In this document: positions 39,701-52,900 of the stretch, piece by piece
Position numbering within the stretch: the stretch's first letter is position 1
Layout: every line of letters begins with the position of its first letter
From: Phoronis australis
Lineage: Eukaryota > Animalia > Phoronida
NCBI GenBank assembly: GCA_002633005.1
Contig: NMRA01000003.1
Location: 2,102,727 to 2,166,726, forward strand
DNA length: 64,000 nucleotides
Direction: 5' to 3'
Translations under genes and position numbers: made by a program
Notes under the pieces: generated by a model
Databases searched by the model: none
What the model saw: only the letters and a program-made list of their open reading frames with translations
What the model was told of the DNA's origin: nothing

Positions 39701-40866
39701 CTTGGAACCTCCCAAATTGACTGTGATTAACCAGAGCCCAGACAAGTGATCAAGATTAGGCAGGGTTAAAGCCACATGACAAGACAAAAACAATGAACCT
39801 TGAGATATGACTTGTCACATTGAAGTCAGTCAGCTTGCGCCATTCCGGCCATCAATCCTACCATTAATCTGTTGAATGAGTAACAGAGTACCATTTCTCA
39901 GGTTAAAGAGAAAAAATAAATATTTACACCACCGGTAAACATAAAACTATCACCTACGTTAAATTACAATTTTCGCATATTTCAACTTGTGGTTGGCGCG
40001 GCACATTTATGTTTATTTCTTAATGTTAACCATTGTCATTAACCATTGTCAATCTCGGCAAAGATATCGAAATTAATTGTCCATTTCCAGTTAATTTATC
40101 ACAAGCAAACTTTGTATGGTCAACACAAGACTAACGTGGTATCTGATCACTTCACTGTCAAGTGGTTGTGGTTGTCATCTCCAGATTATTAAAAATTGAT
40201 TTTCAACACACAAGTTATCAATCAAGCACATCCATCAAAGTCTAAGTATGACATGGTCACACAGGGTTCATTGTTTGACCATCCTGACTAATCCCAACAG
40301 TGTATATCACTTTACAAGCTTTGCAAACTAGGATACCCAGCCTGTCCTCTTGAGAAGTCATGTCTGAGAGTGAGAACTACGGTCTCACCACTTTGATGTT
40401 GAAGAAAACATATCTAAAGATTTAAGAATACACTTAGTGGCAGATGATAGTCGAGAGGTGCTCGAGTCCCATTTCCATATCTGCGTAAATGAACAACTTT
40501 GTTTAACTTGACTAGCTCAGATCAACAAGGTAACACAGACAATGAAATCTTGACACGATTTACTCATTTCCTAACCACTCCACTGAATGATTTTGACAGT
40601 CTCAATAACTAATCTAACAAAAAATTATATGTTATTTCTCAAGCATTTATTATCACTGATAAACAATAAATTGAAATTGTTGATTGCAAGCTAATGGAGC
40701 ACCTACTGAAACATTACGCCAAGAAGCTGATACATCAAAACCTGTTAAAATGTTGGGTAAATTGCACTCACCCATATGTGTTGGGTGATCACAGATTCGT
40801 CAAACTTTTTATCTTTCCTAAATGACAGCTCACTTGTATTTTACAGCACTTTTCGAATAAAACACC

Positions 40867-40954
40867 NNNNNNNNNNNNNNNNNNNNNNNNNNNNNNNNNN
40901 NNNNNNNNNNNNNNNNNNNNNNNNNNNNNNNNNNNNNNNNNNNNNNNNNNNNNN
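40867..40954. other. Assembly gap (88 N) followed by (GT)n/(GTGC)n
   Basis: Run of N; microsatellite at 40955-40991. Confidence 0.99.
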
Positions 40955-41473
40955 GTGTGTGTGTGTGTGTGTGTGCGTGTGCGTGCGTGCGAGCTAATGA
41001 ATAAAGGACATATAGTCAAATCCTTTCTCTAAGCTAAACAAGGGATCACTGTGACGTACATTACATTACGATATCAACAGTGTTGTGACTTTACAAACAA
41101 TTAATAAGTTTTTACTAAAGAAATGTCAGCCTCAAAGAAACAAAAACACTCAAGCTGCTATAAGCACATTTCAGTCATAGTGAACTCCTCACAGCTTTTG
41201 ATATCGCTTACTGCTTTAAAACTGAGATGAGAAGGGATTTCTGGGATAACAGAGAAGTTGAGGCTCGCTCCACGTTGAACACCATCTTCAGGGCATAAAA
41301 TGAACCAATGTGTCCAGACTATTTATAAACAAAGCATTTTCTCAAACAATACAGAACTGTCGGAAACCACTTCTAATATGTGGAGCAACAAACTTGAGAC
41401 AAGCTTGAGGAAGTTCTAAATCAAAAATTTCTTTTTAATGGAGTACTTAAAGCAGTTTTAACTTGTCCACCAA

Positions 41474-41974
41474 TAGACAGTGACCACCGTCTTTAGTTGA
41501 ACTACAGGCGGTGTAGCTCCTATTGGAGCTTCATACGCCGGAAACTTTTTGGCAAATTATGCCTCACACTGACTAAAACACCAAAGTCACGTTGTTATAT
41601 GTACCTTTTGCGCATAGAGGGACACCTTAGGAGGCCGTCGACATCTTTAATTCCTCCCAACTCGAACAAATACTCCCGTTATCAAACTTTTTCTTCGATC
41701 AGTCCCTCATTCGGTTCCCAAAATCGGAAACTGGCCATTTTTAAACTGCGCGTGGCCAGTTACCAAAAAAAGTTTGATAAAGGTAGTATTTGTTGGAGTG
41801 GGAAAAATTAAAGACATCAACGGCCTCCTAAAGTGTCCCTCCATGCGCAAAAGGTACTTATAGCAACGTGACTTCGATGTTTTAGTCAGTGTGAGACAGG
41901 ATTCACTTCTGGCGTATGAAGCTCCTAGGAGCTACACCATCTGTAGTTCAACTACAGATGGTGATCACTGTCTA
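41474..41974. mobile_element. Near-fully palindromic MITE with TAG...CTA ends and 9-bp TSD (AcademH-like or MULE-like)
   Basis: Arms of ~215 bp (tagacagtgaccaccgtct... / ...agatggtgatcactgtcta); TSD gtccaccaa / gcccaccaa. Confidence 0.88.
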
Positions 41975-42281
41975 GCCCACCAATAGAGCCTTGTAGTTTT
42001 CTCAAAACATCAATTTGGTAGATTGAGCATTATGCTTAAACTTAGTGACAGAGTTTACAAATATCTACACCAGAATTGAAAGATGCCTGGTGTTCAAAAC
42101 TTTTTAACAAAACAATATACAAGGAAGACATTCAAGGCCATGACTCATGCAGGTCAAACAGACAAAACCAATCAACCCAGTTTATCTGATGTACTTTATG
42201 TACAACACTTATTACTAACTACCTAGCCAAGGACCAATCACTCCCTAAGCCAGGATTAAGAATGAATTCACCAATACATTT

Positions 42282-43274
42282 CAGTGGCCGATCCAGGATA
42301 TCACAAGGGGGCCCAACATTTTGTCTGTAAGCATTTGCGCAAAGCATGATTGTAGATGTGCATAGCACCGAATGGGGGGAGGTTGGGAGCGGGGTTTGCC
42401 CCCCTCCTGCCCAGGAAATTTTCCTATTTTTTCCTCTAAAAATCAAGCATTTTCCTTGATTCCTGAAGTATTATCCAAAAAAAGCAAAAAACACAGAAAA
42501 TATGTGAAACAGGGAAAACTGCAAATGCCACAGACTCGAACTCACGACCTGCCAGATAGAGCGCTCGTGCTTTACCACTACACCACCACGATTTAACTCC
42601 TAATATGATACTAAGAGACCTACTTGTTTATGGTCCACAGCGTTTGCGCGTGAAACCTACTTCTTCTTGTAATGCTTATTACACGTTTTATATTTTGTGC
42701 AATCGGTTCGTAACAAATTTGTTGTATTTAAAATAGTCTTCAATTGACCAAAAGACCAAATCTGTTTTTCGTGCTGGCAATGACAGGATTGCTTTGTAAA
42801 TCGTCTTAAGTCAGTTTGACAAAGAGAGAATTATGAGTTTCTGAGTGATTCACTAAGGCTTCGATTAAAATTCACATCTTACCAGCAGCTTCTGTTTTTT
42901 CATCGTCTCTCAGGTTCCATTTTGTTTAAAAAATGAAGTAATTTTCTTCATCGCAGTGGAGCAGACAACGGAAACGGAGTCGTAGTGCGTAGCGCCACTG
43001 CCGGTCGCCTAGGATATCGTGAGAGAGCCTATACTTAGCCATAGTTCCGTTACGAATGTGCCATGTTCCGACTTTGACTCTTGAAATTGGACCTGAGCCC
43101 CCCCCCCCAACACTAAAACTGCACACATTTAAATCTTGTTTCATCCGTATAATTTTAATTACTGGGGTTAATTAATAAACTCAACATTTCCCTACGCTCT
43201 TGCTGTTTTACTTTCTTGCGGCAGCCAAGGGGGGGGGCCGGGCCCCCTGGGCCCCCCCCCTAAATCCGCCTATG
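42282..43274. mobile_element. hAT-like MITE (cagtggccgatccagg ... taaatccgcctatg)
   Basis: Degenerate TIR pair; flanks cattt / cattg; the right end recurs at 38920-38979. Confidence 0.6.
42527..42590 (-). other. tRNA-derived Pol III head (SINE-like remnant), not a functional tRNA
   Basis: Minus strand reads ggtggtgtagtggtaaagcacg...gtcgtgagttcgagtc, with A-box and B-box spacing but no proper anticodon or acceptor stem. Confidence 0.6.
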
Positions 43275-44852
43275 CATTGCACAAGTGGACATAAAAATTA
43301 ATTCTCCAGGATGACAATATGCACTGTTTGAAATGGCACATAAAATGTCATATCTTTTAAGGCCCGCTTTTAAGCCAGATCCATATTTTAAACTATGTGA
43401 TAAAACACAAAATACCAGATCTCTAAGTTCTATATATTAATTAGCCTATTATCTAAACCTGTCACAGTCAAGACAAAACAATTTTAAATAAAATGTCAAG
43501 CATTACAAAATGTGACCACTCTGTCCAGCGTTGCAAATATTCATTGCCAATTAACCCATGAGTAAACAAGGTATTTACATTGTGTTAGGATAACAGACAA
43601 ATAGTTGGAGCCCAATACCAATGGGCTCTATCCATTTCTTTAGTTACAGCATCTGTCATAACTTGCTAGGGTCATGGTTACCCCAACCAGGGCATGGTCT
43701 TTAAACGATGTCATTAAGCCATGGGAAGATAAGGTGAGAACATTACCAACTATCTGACAGGCAAACAGATAAAATGATGGATATCAAAATAATATCTCCT
43801 CAAACCTTTAAGATAGCCGATAAATTTTTATGATGAAATTTGTCTGCGTATCAGAGAGACAATCATGATTGATGAGGGATTATGAAATGAAAATAGATCA
43901 CTCACATGATTTTAATTGAAATTGACAAGCTGTGTGTCGTAAGCCAGGCTCTACAGCTGGCCAATGACAGCCTTTAAACCCAGTTTAAATTTATTTGAAA
44001 CAGTTTTCGACATCAAAGGAAAAAATTAGAAAACTAATTAGATATCACACAGTCATGTTCAAAAGAGAAGTGTTTTAAAAATTAAGCATGATGGGTGATT
44101 TACAAGCCAATAAATCTTTATCCACCAGCAACATTAGTGCCTATGGCAGACTGGCACAGTTAATCAGCGTATTGCGTGTAGTTTGAGAAGCTGTAAAAAC
44201 CAGGTCTGAGTTTGATAGTTTTTAGCTCCATCAGGAGACAGATGGATTCACATTCAAAAGCCAAGTACCTGATCCCACAGTATGGCAATGTTGGCCACCG
44301 TATAATCTAAAGCTTTCAACAGTCGACGTATAAAAGGCACAAAATGAAAACTGTCTCATAGTAGTGAATCAGTTAATAAATATTTTCACAAGATCAGCAA
44401 TGTTTAAACACAATATCATCAAAGTTAAGATAAGATATCATAATAACACCACATTAATATTCAGCTTTTTCAAGATATTCTACAACTTGTGATCAATAGC
44501 TGAGAGCACAATCTGTACTTGGTTTGGCCATCTTACAACAGATGTCAGCAGCTACCATGTTCAGCACATCAATTTTCACACTGAGGTGAAAGATTAGAAC
44601 AGACCAGTAGCATTAGTGCTTCACATGATTGACAGGCACATGGCAGTGTGTTCAGCTGTCACTTTGCAGTTACAATCAAGGAAGTTTGAAATGAGAAAAA
44701 CGATACTTACCACCCTTTATCCATTCTCAAATAACAAGCTCCTCTCACCAATCCCCATGAACTGGTAAGTTTAACTACAAAATACAAGTACTAAAATAAC
44801 GCAATATTAAGTCCACATTTGTCTCAAATCCGACCCAAAGCATTTCTTAGAA

Positions 44853-45087
44853 AAAGGGCTTAGAATGACCAATAAAAAAAATTTCCAGGTGACTTATCTG
44901 TTTACAAATTAATAGGCTTATGTAATAAAAATGTTTTTGTGTCGTAAAATTTAAGTGCAAGAAACGTTTTTGCATGAATAAAGTCAAAATTATGAAGAAA
45001 AAGAGACAAAAAAGAGGAAAATGGAAATCAAATAAGAAACCAAAAAAGGAAAAATCCACTTAAAAGAGGAAAATACCAAAGCCCTCA
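44853..45087. mobile_element. hAT-like MITE, diverged copy of 46507-46728
   Basis: agggcttagaatgaccaat ... aataccaaagccctc; collinear with the second copy. Confidence 0.7.
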
Positions 45088-45813
45088 AGAGACTTATTTG
45101 AGAAGTAACACGATGGAACAGTCCAGGAACCATTGCAAGCCTCATGAAAAATACACAAACAGTTTATAGCAGTAATGTCAGAGAATCACGAAAACAAGAA
45201 TTTAGCATCTAACCAAAATATTGTCAAATGTTCCTACTCACCGCAACACTTGCAAGTCCCTGAGTCTCCATTTATGGTCAAGGTAAACCATCCGTTTCCC
45301 GATGTTCCTTGGAGATGATGAAATACATGGTCATGAGCGGTGCACCATAGGGGGCTGGGGGGACTATAGCCCCACTTTTTTCAGTGCTGTACCGCCCATG
45401 GTCTATAGGTGGTACACCACACGGCAGCTGGGGGGGCTTTTTTCAGTGCTGTGCCGCTCATTATGGTCACCTGACAGTTTTCATTCCATAATGTTTCGGT
45501 ATTGACTTGGTTCATGGGAGACATCATAAACCAACTGGCAGCAAAAAAACTTTTGTAGGATGATTGCGCTACTGTAAAACCTTGCCAATTACGGACACAA
45601 TATGACGGGCAAACGAAATTTAATGTTTCATAGGTCTATGGCCACGATTCTGAGAAATTGTAGACATTCACAACAATTTTAGAAGCCAAAGAAAAATAAA
45701 GGTGAATCTGGGCAGTTATTTTTGTCTGAAATTGGTGAGACTTCACTGTATTTAAGAAGATCAGCAGTAGACACCCTGCTATCCTACACATTTTCATTGC
45801 CATGATTGTTGTA

Positions 45814-46004
45814 CAGGGTGATTAAAAAAATTTTAATTAGTCCCACATAAACTCATTTATTTTCTATTCAAATTTGATAGACTTAAACTTCAGTCCACAG
45901 ACAATCTTTCCACAGTTTTCACCATGTACATTTGATTAGCATCGATTATTTTCTTTCAAACAAAATTTCATGCAGTTTTGTCGATTTGTTTTTTAGTCAT
46001 CCTG
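45814..46004. mobile_element. Tc1/mariner-like MITE
   Basis: TA|cagggtgattaaaaaa ... ttttttagtcatcctg|TA. Confidence 0.8.
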
Positions 46005-46326
46005 TACACTAAACCCTAGTAAAAAAATAATTCAAACAGTGTAACTAATAATTGGCAGTGCAAGTAAGGCAAGAACTGTTTGAAAACAGTTACCATGTTG
46101 CTAAAACTGCAACCTGTAGAGGACAAAAATGGGTTTTGGCCTAAATCTAAGGTATCTTGATGCAATGGCCTTCTAAAGTCTGTCACTGTTGATAGAAATG
46201 TCAGAAAATGTGGTATAATGATAAACATAATCAGTCTAACCGATTCACAAATCTTGAACACATAAATGAGAAAATACGAAAAATGTGAATTTCAAGAACC
46301 ACTATTAAGCTCTTAGAAAAGAAAAC

Positions 46327-46399
46327 GATGTCCTTTCTGTGGATGTCCTTTCTGTGGATGTCCTTTCTGTGGATGTCCTTTCTGTGGATGTCCTTTCTG
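46327..46399 (+). repeat. 15-bp tandem repeat (gatgtcctttctgtg) x~5
   Basis: Directly visible, perfect copies. Confidence 0.95.
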
Positions 46400-46506
46400 C
46401 TTTCTTCAGTGAATTTTTGACCAATGCAGCAAACCGCACTTCAAAATTGAAATCAACAGAACCTGAATGTGACCTGTCATAAGTCAACAAACACGTGCAC
46501 ACAAAC

Positions 46507-46728
46507 CAGGGCTTGGAATGACCAATGGGAAAAAGAGTAAAAGTTTCCAGACGATGTATCGTTCTACAAATAAATAGGCTTGTGTGATAGAAATATTTTT
46601 TGTGTTATAAAATTTAACTGAAATGAATGTTTTTTTTAGGACTAAAGTCAAAATAATGACAAAAAATAGAAAACTGAAAATCAATTAAGAGGAAATTGAA
46701 ACCAAAAAGAGCAAAATTCCAAGCCCTG
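46507..46728. mobile_element. hAT-like MITE
   Basis: Perfect 13-bp TIR cagggcttggaat ... attccaagccctg; TSD not evident. Confidence 0.75.
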
Positions 46729-49700
46729 GCGAATATACACATCAAATAATTTGACAAAATGAATTCCCTTTCAGCACTATTTACCCAGGACTGTACGGAA
46801 CACCTCATACTCGTAAAGAACACATAGATACAAGTTTTACCCAAGGTAAAACCTTCATAATCCAGTAACAGAAGCTGCAGCACACAACTGACAGTGAAAC
46901 CCCTTTGCACTCTGCCTATGATGGAATTCCGCTTCAGTTCAGCTATCAAGGTGGGTTCCCAGTCATTTTGTACGAACACTTTTTAACATTTACTGCACAT
47001 AATGAGCTGAAGATGCTGAAAGTACTCCATGCAATTTACCAAGAATATTTCGCTTGGTCTCATAGAATCAAAGAAACCAATAACTAACCAGTCTTCAAAG
47101 TTGGGGAACTTTGTTGAATGTGTCAATAGGTAAATGCGTTATGCACCAACAGACAATTGTCTTGTGAAGGAGTCGACAGCCATGAATCCAAGAAGCAACA
47201 TTCAATCACATCAAACAGCTGTGGAGGAATGAATGTGTTCGCTAGGCTTGAACATAAGAAAAACGGCAGCATTTGCTTGCAGCAGTTAGTAAATGGGGAG
47301 TTTGTAGGAGGAAACCCAGCATGGCATTATTGACAACATGCTCTTTGACAAATTCTGCACTTGAGTGGTGATTAATTTCTTACATCATAATCTTGAAGTA
47401 TTTTGGGATGACACTATTCCATTCTACTATTTTTGACATTTTGACAGCAGCGGAGTAAAATTTGTTTTAAAAACTTAAATAATTCCCACACACCGGCATG
47501 GTTTAGCCCTAAAAAAACCATCACGTACAGTTTGCGACAAAATTGACAAAAATATCTCTATTAACATCAGAGAAAACAACAACAGATTTAGTTAACTATT
47601 AATTTTTGTGCCCCTTTGACTATGATACAAAATTGTGCCAAACACAAAGATGTTGCTAAAAACTCTTGACAAGGCTTCTAACGGCTCCTCTCAAAAACAG
47701 CAAGACCTAATCCTATAGTACCACAAAATGACTACAAACTTAGCATAATGATGCTAGGTTATTTATTCACTGGAGTTTAGTAAACAGTTACACTGGCAGC
47801 AGTACAACTGCAGTGAATACGCAGAGGCATCAATTATTAATTCAAAGAGTTAACGCATTTATTTCTTTACATACAATAAGAAAACAATATACTTTCCCAT
47901 GAGTCATTCAATTTAAATATATACATATAAAATCTATTCAGATTCAGACATTCAGAAAAAACAAACGTAGCAAATATACCTAATCCAAAAGTCAATATGT
48001 TAGCTTAGTACTGTATAGTCCATCAAACTATCAGGTTGACAACAATTCAGCTGATGCCTATGGTAAACTAAATCCCCATTTGTTTGGGTTAACACCCAGG
48101 CCACTTGAATTGAAAACCTCAAAAACCATGTGTAGGGCAATGAGCCAATCATGAACATTCAAAAACCAAGTTTTTGAAAAGTAAGGGTAGTTGCTTACCC
48201 AAACACCAACTTTTGGTCAACAAGCAGGGGTTAGTACAGATGAAGTCATATTACAGTCAAGAATTAAAAAACAAGGTAAATAATGTTCTGCTAGTGAGTT
48301 TAAGGTAAATGAATGACAACGTTTTTGGAGCTGAAATGAGCAGCCACAGAGATATCGTGTTTAAAGAAACCAGTTCCTGACTTAATGAATTATAGTTGAG
48401 CACTTGATAGATCATGGGCATTGAAAAGTGAAAACTTGGACAATTAGGAGGGCATTAGCAGAACATGGGTGTTAACCCGTAGATTTACGGTATCTCACTT
48501 GTTACCACAGAAACAGCTGAGAAAACACAAAACTCGTCATAAATTTCCCATTAGCTAAGAACAAGCAGTTCTGACAAGTTAAGATGTGAAATCAAGTGCA
48601 ACACAACCTGATCATCAACTACTAATAGTATTTTCTGAATTATTAATGACAATGGAATCCCACCAGTACTTCAACACATACAACAGTCCGTAGACAAAAC
48701 ATGCGCATAATGCCTTGTTAAAAATTTGTAAATTAGAAAACAAAACATGAATAAGTGGAAATAGGGAATTTGAAGGACAACTTCAGCTTAACAGAACTCT
48801 TATGTACCAACCTGTTGGTGAAAACTTCTGACGTGAAAATCCAATTTTTAAGTTGGCAAAACCCGCCGAGTTAAGGTGTTCAATTAGCTTACAGATCATT
48901 TTTTCTGAGAAACTAATTAAATTTGATTTTTGATTTGAATGAAATTCCTCAACTTTACAACATGGAAGTCGCATCCCCACTCTTCAGTGCACTTAACTTT
49001 ACTTGACTGTTGGGTATGTCAGTAAGAAGACAATCGAAATAATTCTTTAAAGAGTTTATCTACTGAGAGTGTGGCCTCTGGGTGTTCTCTCTTCGCGGCT
49101 GTGCAAAATTATGTGCAAGCTTTTATATTCACGGACCAACGGACATTTTTTGGAATTTTCTTCCAAGAACAATTCAGTAGATTGTATATGTCAGTGTGGT
49201 AATACCAACTGGATACTATATCCAGGAAAATGTGACTACTGTGTCCTCGTTGCTGGCAGTTACGTAACTTAAGGCAGATTTTTCGCAGGAGGTACATTAT
49301 AGATGACACTGTGAAGTTCTTATGAAGCAAGTGAGACAGGACTGGAGCTTGGCTCACCCATAGGAAGCAGTCGTCACTATAATTGTGCCATTAGCTTTTG
49401 CAAATATATTAAGCTCCTTGAAATTCAGAGAAATTTGCAAGTTTGCATACAGCGGATGACTGATGATCAAATGCACATGACCCAGGCTTAAATTCCAGCT
49501 TTGATCAGAGATTTTGACAACTTGAAAATTTGAACTGAGTTTTGAAAATTCAATATGGGATTCTGCTCAGGTAGAAAATATTGACAAGGACAATTTTTAA
49601 GTGAGAGTGAGAGCATTGCTCCTTCACAATTTACAATAGATAAAATATGTGACTACTTACAACATATTAACTGACTTAAATGAAATCTCATCTGAAACCA

Positions 49701-49889
49701 ACAACCTCCTTTGCATCAACTTGCACATGATGTAAACTGGCTTCATAAATCCACTACATGGATAACTACGAATCACATAATGCAGTAAAGTAAAGTTTGT
49801 ATAGTAACATTATTACAAAATGAATGTGATCACAGAAGGTGCAAAAAACATGCAGAGAGTTGACCTCTAGCTGACCTCTAGGCTGACCT

Positions 49890-49955
49890 CTATGCTGTCT
49901 CTAGTATCTCAATCACCTTGATTATTGAGCTTCCCCCTGTGTTCTCAACAGCTTT
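49890..49955 (-). CDS. WAPL: WAPL last coding exon ([21 protein letters not shown])
   Basis: ttgtag acceptor, TAG stop at 49892-49890; resembles the vertebrate C-terminus AVGTTGQKSISRVIEYLE. Confidence 0.92.
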   Translation of the reverse strand, partial: KAVENTGGSSIIKVIEILETA

Positions 49956-52900
49956 CTACAACGGAAAACCAGTCAATGGATACATTCTCAGAACTGGAAC
50001 ACTTCAAAACTCTTTGATTTCAGTTATTATCAGTGACAAGAATGCCTCGTATATTTGACAAAGCAGCCCATGGAACCATGCACCGTTTTAAGCATTTCAT
50101 TATATTCATATTTTCGACAGACAAAAACCATTTAATTTTTTTTCAATTCCAGCAACAGTCGGTTGCTAACTGCACAGTGACATCAGGTCTAGGTTTTATG
50201 AAGCTAAGTGAAACACTTTTTACACTGGAAATGACCATTAAAGAACAGTCAGAATATCAGAGCTTTATCTTGGGTTGAAAGAACAGGGTTTCTAAATTAA
50301 CATGACATCAACATTTTGGAAAGTAACTACTAAAACGAGACAAAGCCAAACTTAAATTAGAAATTGTCAATAGCTTCGTTCTGCAAGTTACTTATTGCAT
50401 GTTGTTAAGTGGCAATATATGTGTTTTCTTATCAAGCGACGGACATTATTACGGCCCAAAATATGAATAACAACAAACTGATGAATCAAATCTTACAAAC
50501 AACTGACAATATAATTACCAACATCGACTAACTAAACATGTACATGATAAACATAATTTTCTAATTCATTAACAATATTCAGTCGAAGGAAGCACCTTGC
50601 CATTGCAATACTGGTAATATATCAAAAGTTGTTCGCAAGATTTTTTATTATTGCTTTTAGCTATTTAGCCACTCAGGTGTCAGAGATCAGACGTCCACAT
50701 TACGACAATCCAATACAGTGACACTGGAGTTTGACTGATGAAGCCCCAGGTGAAACACACCTGGTCTCATCCAGCACAACACTTACCGTTAAGCTGATGA
50801 AGCTGAGAAACTTGTGCAACACTTTGACAAGAGGATCAAAACTTCCATCAGGCAAGAATGTACGCACACGATTGATATGGTTCTGAAACAGCAAGTGTGG
50901 GCCGTTCAAAAACACATGGCTATACCACTGACTAGAAAAGGCAAGGGGGTGCCCGAAGGGCCCATGAACCCCCCCCCCCCACCCATTACGACTATAATCG
51001 AGTGAGCTTCTTCTCCAAGTCAACCCATGATGTTTAGACCCACTGACGAATACTTCTGACTACTTCTGGCTACACCAATGCACAATACAATTATTGAGGA
51101 AAAATGTTAAATTCAACCATAAATCTTGCATATAAGTCTGAAACTACAATTGCCAGATATGAGGACAATTTTTTATTCTAAATTCACTTTTTGACGTGAC
51201 TATTACCCTGCTGCATCAGATTAGAGTGACAAGAGAAGCAGAACATACCCTGTTGCCTTGTATAAGACAGCCAATCAGCAAGGCAATATATGACGCCACT
51301 ATATTGTCTTCCATGTGCTTGCCTGCTTTATGAAGAACTGTAACAAAGTATACAAAAACATCACCAAAGACTGCCAATAATCATCAGTAATAGTGCACAG
51401 AGTTGTCAACTCATGTAACTATCAGGTAACAAGGCCCAAGTCAGATGGCGCAGAATACCTTGAACCCATCCCAAATTGGGAAGGCATCGCCTCTCTAATA
51501 AATAAGAACAACGTGGAGCATTGAAATGCACCCACGAATGCACCGCAAACGGTGTGCTTCTAGGGGTGTTTATTTGGAACATAAAAATGGCCACTAGATG
51601 ACGCAAAATAAGTCAAATCTATCTGCAAACGGGTATGTGTCATCAAAGCTATTTACCAAATTTCATAAAATAAGTCAAGGAACCAAGGAAAACATAAAAA
51701 ATGAAATTACCACTAGGAGGCTATAGGCGCAAAAAAGACATAACTGCCACTAGGAGGCGCCAGAGAAGATAAAGCTGTCGGAAAGTCATCGTCAGACTTC
51801 CTCTTGACATTAGGAACATGCATGCCAATTTCCACAACCATTCTTATAGTGGCTTGGTTGACAGATGGGCAAATGCCAAATAACAAGACTCGAAAACAGA
51901 GAAAAATGGCCACTAGGTGGCGCAAAATACCATGAATCAAACCAAAAAACGGAGGATAGCGTTAGTTTACTACTAATAAATGCCTATATGCCAAATTTTA
52001 TGAAAATCCGTTGACGACCTTTAAAGATTTAGAGGTAAACTAGGGGGCACAGTGGTAGTCTGATCCATACAGAAGTCATCATCCTCTGTTGTCAACTACA
52101 TATAAATATACCAGGAAAATTCAATAAAGATCCTGTGGAGTGCGCCATGCGCACAAAAACAAAACAACTGCTACTAGGAGGCGTCACAGTAGTCGAAGTC
52201 ATTGGAAAATAATCATCAGCCGTTCTCTTCACAGTAAGAACATACAGGCCAATTTTCAAAATCATCCCTAGAGTGGTTGGGTTGATAGGACGGGCGCCAA
52301 AAAACTCGAAAACAGCAAAAATGGCCACTAGGTGGTGCAAAGTACCTTGGATCCAATCGAAAACAGGAGGAGAGCGTCATCTCACTAACAGATGCCTAAC
52401 TGCCAAATTTTACTAAAATCTGTTTAGTACCTCTGAAGATATAGAGGTAAACATAAAAAAGTAAAATTGCCACTATGGGGCACACCTGTAGTCACATAGA
52501 TCCGAAATTCGTCGTCATCTATCGTCAGCTTCATAGGAACACATCTGCCAAGTTTCATCAAGATCCTGTGAGGGGTTTAGGAGATACAGCTGCGGATGCC
52601 GGACGCCCAGACAGAGATGATGGCAAAATGCACCCACATATAAATATGTGGGCGCAAACATATGGGTGCGTAAAAACTAACATTGCCCCTGGGGAGCACC
52701 CTAGTAGTCGGATCTGACTGAAAGTGGAAGCCATCCATTGCTGCATTCAAAGAAATACACTGAAAAAAAGATACTGAAGGGGGTTTAGCAGAAACAGCTG
52801 CAGACGAAAAAATAAAATTTCCAGTGGGGGTCGCCACAGTAGCCGGTGACGTCCGAAAATGAACACAACACTATTCTTCTCAGAAGGAGCACATCTGCCA

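Larger units (their letters stand above)
39990..49550 (+). pseudogene. Long plus-strand tract of decayed reading frames (one giant ORF or several), split by MITEs and a gap
   Basis: Stop-poor segments include HFDVEENISKDLRIHLVADDSREVLESHF (40.4 kb), ELLTAFDIAYCFKTEMRRDFWDNREVEAR (41.2 kb), PLHSAYDGIPLQFSYQGGFPVILYEHFLTF (46.9 kb) and YSPSNYQVDNNSADAYGKLNPHLFG (48.0 kb). Boundaries are approximate. Confidence 0.4.

Noticed and set aside
42527-42590. tRNA gene
   Set aside because: Only A and B boxes are present; the cloverleaf cannot be completed
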